This document shows positions 63,016-64,000 of a DNA stretch of 64,000 nucleotides, piece after piece. Origin of the DNA: Minisyncoccota bacterium (lineage in GTDB: Bacteria > Verrucomicrobiota > Verrucomicrobiia > Limisphaerales > UBA8199); assembly GCA_035452965.1 (NCBI GenBank), contig DAOTCE010000015.1:33818-97817 (forward strand). Reading direction: 5' to 3'. A program made the translations under genes and the position numbers. Each line of letters begins with the position of its first letter. The first letter of the stretch is position 1. Below the pieces are notes generated by a model. That model did no database searches, was not told the origin of the DNA, and saw only the letters and a list, made by a program, of their open reading frames with translations.

Positions 63016-63342
63016 ATGAATCGGACCAAGCGCTTGAAAGGCACCTGCACCGAATGCGGCGGCCCCATCGAGTTCCCCGCCGAGATGATCGGCGCGACAG
63101 CCCAATGTCCGCGCTGTCGGAAGCAAACCGAGTTGCGTCTGTCCGCCCCGCCAGAAGAGCCAGTGGTGCCGCGCCGAGTGATCGTCTGGACCGCCGTAAC
63201 CATTGCGATTCTGGTCCTGGCTGCGGTTGCCCTGGTGATTGGGCTCAAGCACTTTGAGGAATTGAATGCCAGCCAGACGCAGCAGGCTGCTGGCGTCGAA
63301 GCCGCCCGTTCGACGAATTCGCCGGCGCCGGCCAGGCAATAG
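63016..63342 (+). CDS. Small zinc-ribbon membrane protein (hypothetical)
   Basis: 108 aa with CTECGGPIEFP..(N10)..CPRCRKQT (CxxC..CxxC) followed by the TM helix VIVWTAVTIAILVLAAVALVIGL. I recognise no family; it may be real given the clean architecture. Confidence 0.5.
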   Translation: MNRTKRLKGTCTECGGPIEFPAEMIGATAQCPRCRKQTELRLSAPPEEPVVPRRVIVWTAVTIAILVLAAVALVIGLKHFEELNASQTQQAAGVEAARSTNSPAPARQ

Positions 63343-63350
63343 GCGATTGA

Positions 63351-64000
63351 CTACAACTCGCGCAGCGCGGCGGCGATAGGCAGGCGGGCGCCACGGATCG
63401 CTGGAAACAGACCACCCACCAGACCGATGACCGCCGCCCACACAATTCCTTGCACCACCAGATCGAACGTTACCGCGAAGGCAAAGGTCACCTGGCTGAA
63501 ACTGTTCCAGTTCATCGTGGATGTGTGCAGGCCATTAAAAACCACATACGCCAGCAGCGCTCCTGTGGCCCCGCCGATCAATGCCAGCGCCAGCGATTCA
63601 ATCATGACTGACACGACCACCGCCCCGCTGCCAAAACCCAGCGCGCGCAAGGTCGCGATTTCCCGCGTTCGCGCTGAAACCGAGCTGTACATTGTGTTAA
63701 GTGCCCCAAATACAGCCCCGATGGCCATCAGGAACGCTATCAGGTAGCCCAACGATCTGATCAGCCGTGTCACAGCGGTGGACTGCTCGGCGTAATATTC
63801 CGCCTGGCGGAGCACCTTCACATTCAGGCGGGGGTCAGTGGTCAGCGCGTCCTTGAATTCCGGGAATGCCTCAGGAGAGTCCAGCTTGACATACACCGAC
63901 TGAAAGGTATCCCCGCGCTTATAGGCAGCTTGCAGCACGCTCGCATCCGTCCAGATTTCGGATTCGGCCGTGCCGCCACCAGCGGAAAAGATGCCCACAA
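63351..64000 (-). CDS. C-terminal part of an FtsX/MacB-type ABC transporter permease (N-terminus beyond the right edge)
   Basis: The frame is open to the window end. A periplasmic-domain-like segment is followed by the FtsX block REIATLRALGFGSGAVVVSVMIESLALALIGGATGALLAY and two further TM helices. Confidence 0.85.
   Translation of the reverse strand, partial: VGIFSAGGGTAESEIWTDASVLQAAYKRGDTFQSVYVKLDSPEAFPEFKDALTTDPRLNVKVLRQAEYYAEQSTAVTRLIRSLGYLIAFLMAIGAVFGALNTMYSSVSARTREIATLRALGFGSGAVVVSVMIESLALALIGGATGALLAYVVFNGLHTSTMNWNSFSQVTFAFAVTFDLVVQGIVWAAVIGLVGGLFPAIRGARLPIAAALREL

Noticed and set aside
62207-63441. 239-aa ORF (62207-62926) and the N-terminal 175 aa of the 398-aa ORF (62245-63441)
   Set aside because: Both are Arg/Gly/Pro-rich with no membrane segments. 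The CPBP motifs and TM helices all lie downstream of the ATG at 62916, and the upstream part overlaps the zinc-ribbon gene on the other strand.
1-64000. Search by eye for tRNA, rRNA, tmRNA or CRISPR arrays
   Set aside because: I found no T-loop GGTTCGAAT-type cloverleaf candidates outside CDSs, no regularly spaced direct repeats and no rRNA-like conserved blocks. tRNAscan-SE, Infernal or a CRISPR finder would be needed for certainty.

Overview
This is a high-GC (about 60%) bacterial chromosomal segment, densely coding on both strands. The gene content fits a Verrucomicrobiota/PVC-type genome, but that is inference only: a GloVer-repeat protein, an exosortase locus, a sulfatase, giant secreted glycosidases, a TAT-exported Gfo/Idh/MocA enzyme and Ig/LamG-decorated exoenzymes. 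Housekeeping genes are purA-uppS (stop and start abut), a thrH-like gene, hisH, sodA, a partial cdsA-like gene at the left edge and an RluA-methyltransferase fusion. A glycan-utilisation block spans about 6-39 kb. It holds a sulfatase, a GH43, three paralogous GH106-like glycosidases of roughly 1130-2000 aa, a HexNAc-1-kinase-like plus nucleotidyltransferase pair, a ceramidase-like/LamG protein, a TAT Gfo/Idh/MocA plus TIM-barrel pair and a secreted ADP-ribosylglycohydrolase-fold protein. A redox module is split between two loci: divergent EtfB/EtfA-like genes at 19-21 kb, and an acyl-CoA dehydrogenase plus FixC/FixX-like ETF-QO at 40-44 kb. Regulation is represented by an 1897-aa PAS/GAF NarL-type sensor kinase and its response regulator. 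Envelope genes are an exosortase-EpsI fusion, a TPR protein, a WecA-like transferase, a VWA-like protein, a CPBP protease and a partial FtsX-type permease. I saw no rRNA, tRNA or CRISPR array. The most unusual signal is non-coding: a four-copy interspersed element (7.5, 23.3, 38.8 and 53.8 kb) built around a perfect 18-19-bp hairpin that carries compensatory substitutions. There is also a single MITE-like insertion at 28.4 kb with 35-bp inverted repeats and a 12-bp flanking direct duplication. All family names come from motif recognition by eye; no database search or folding program was run.
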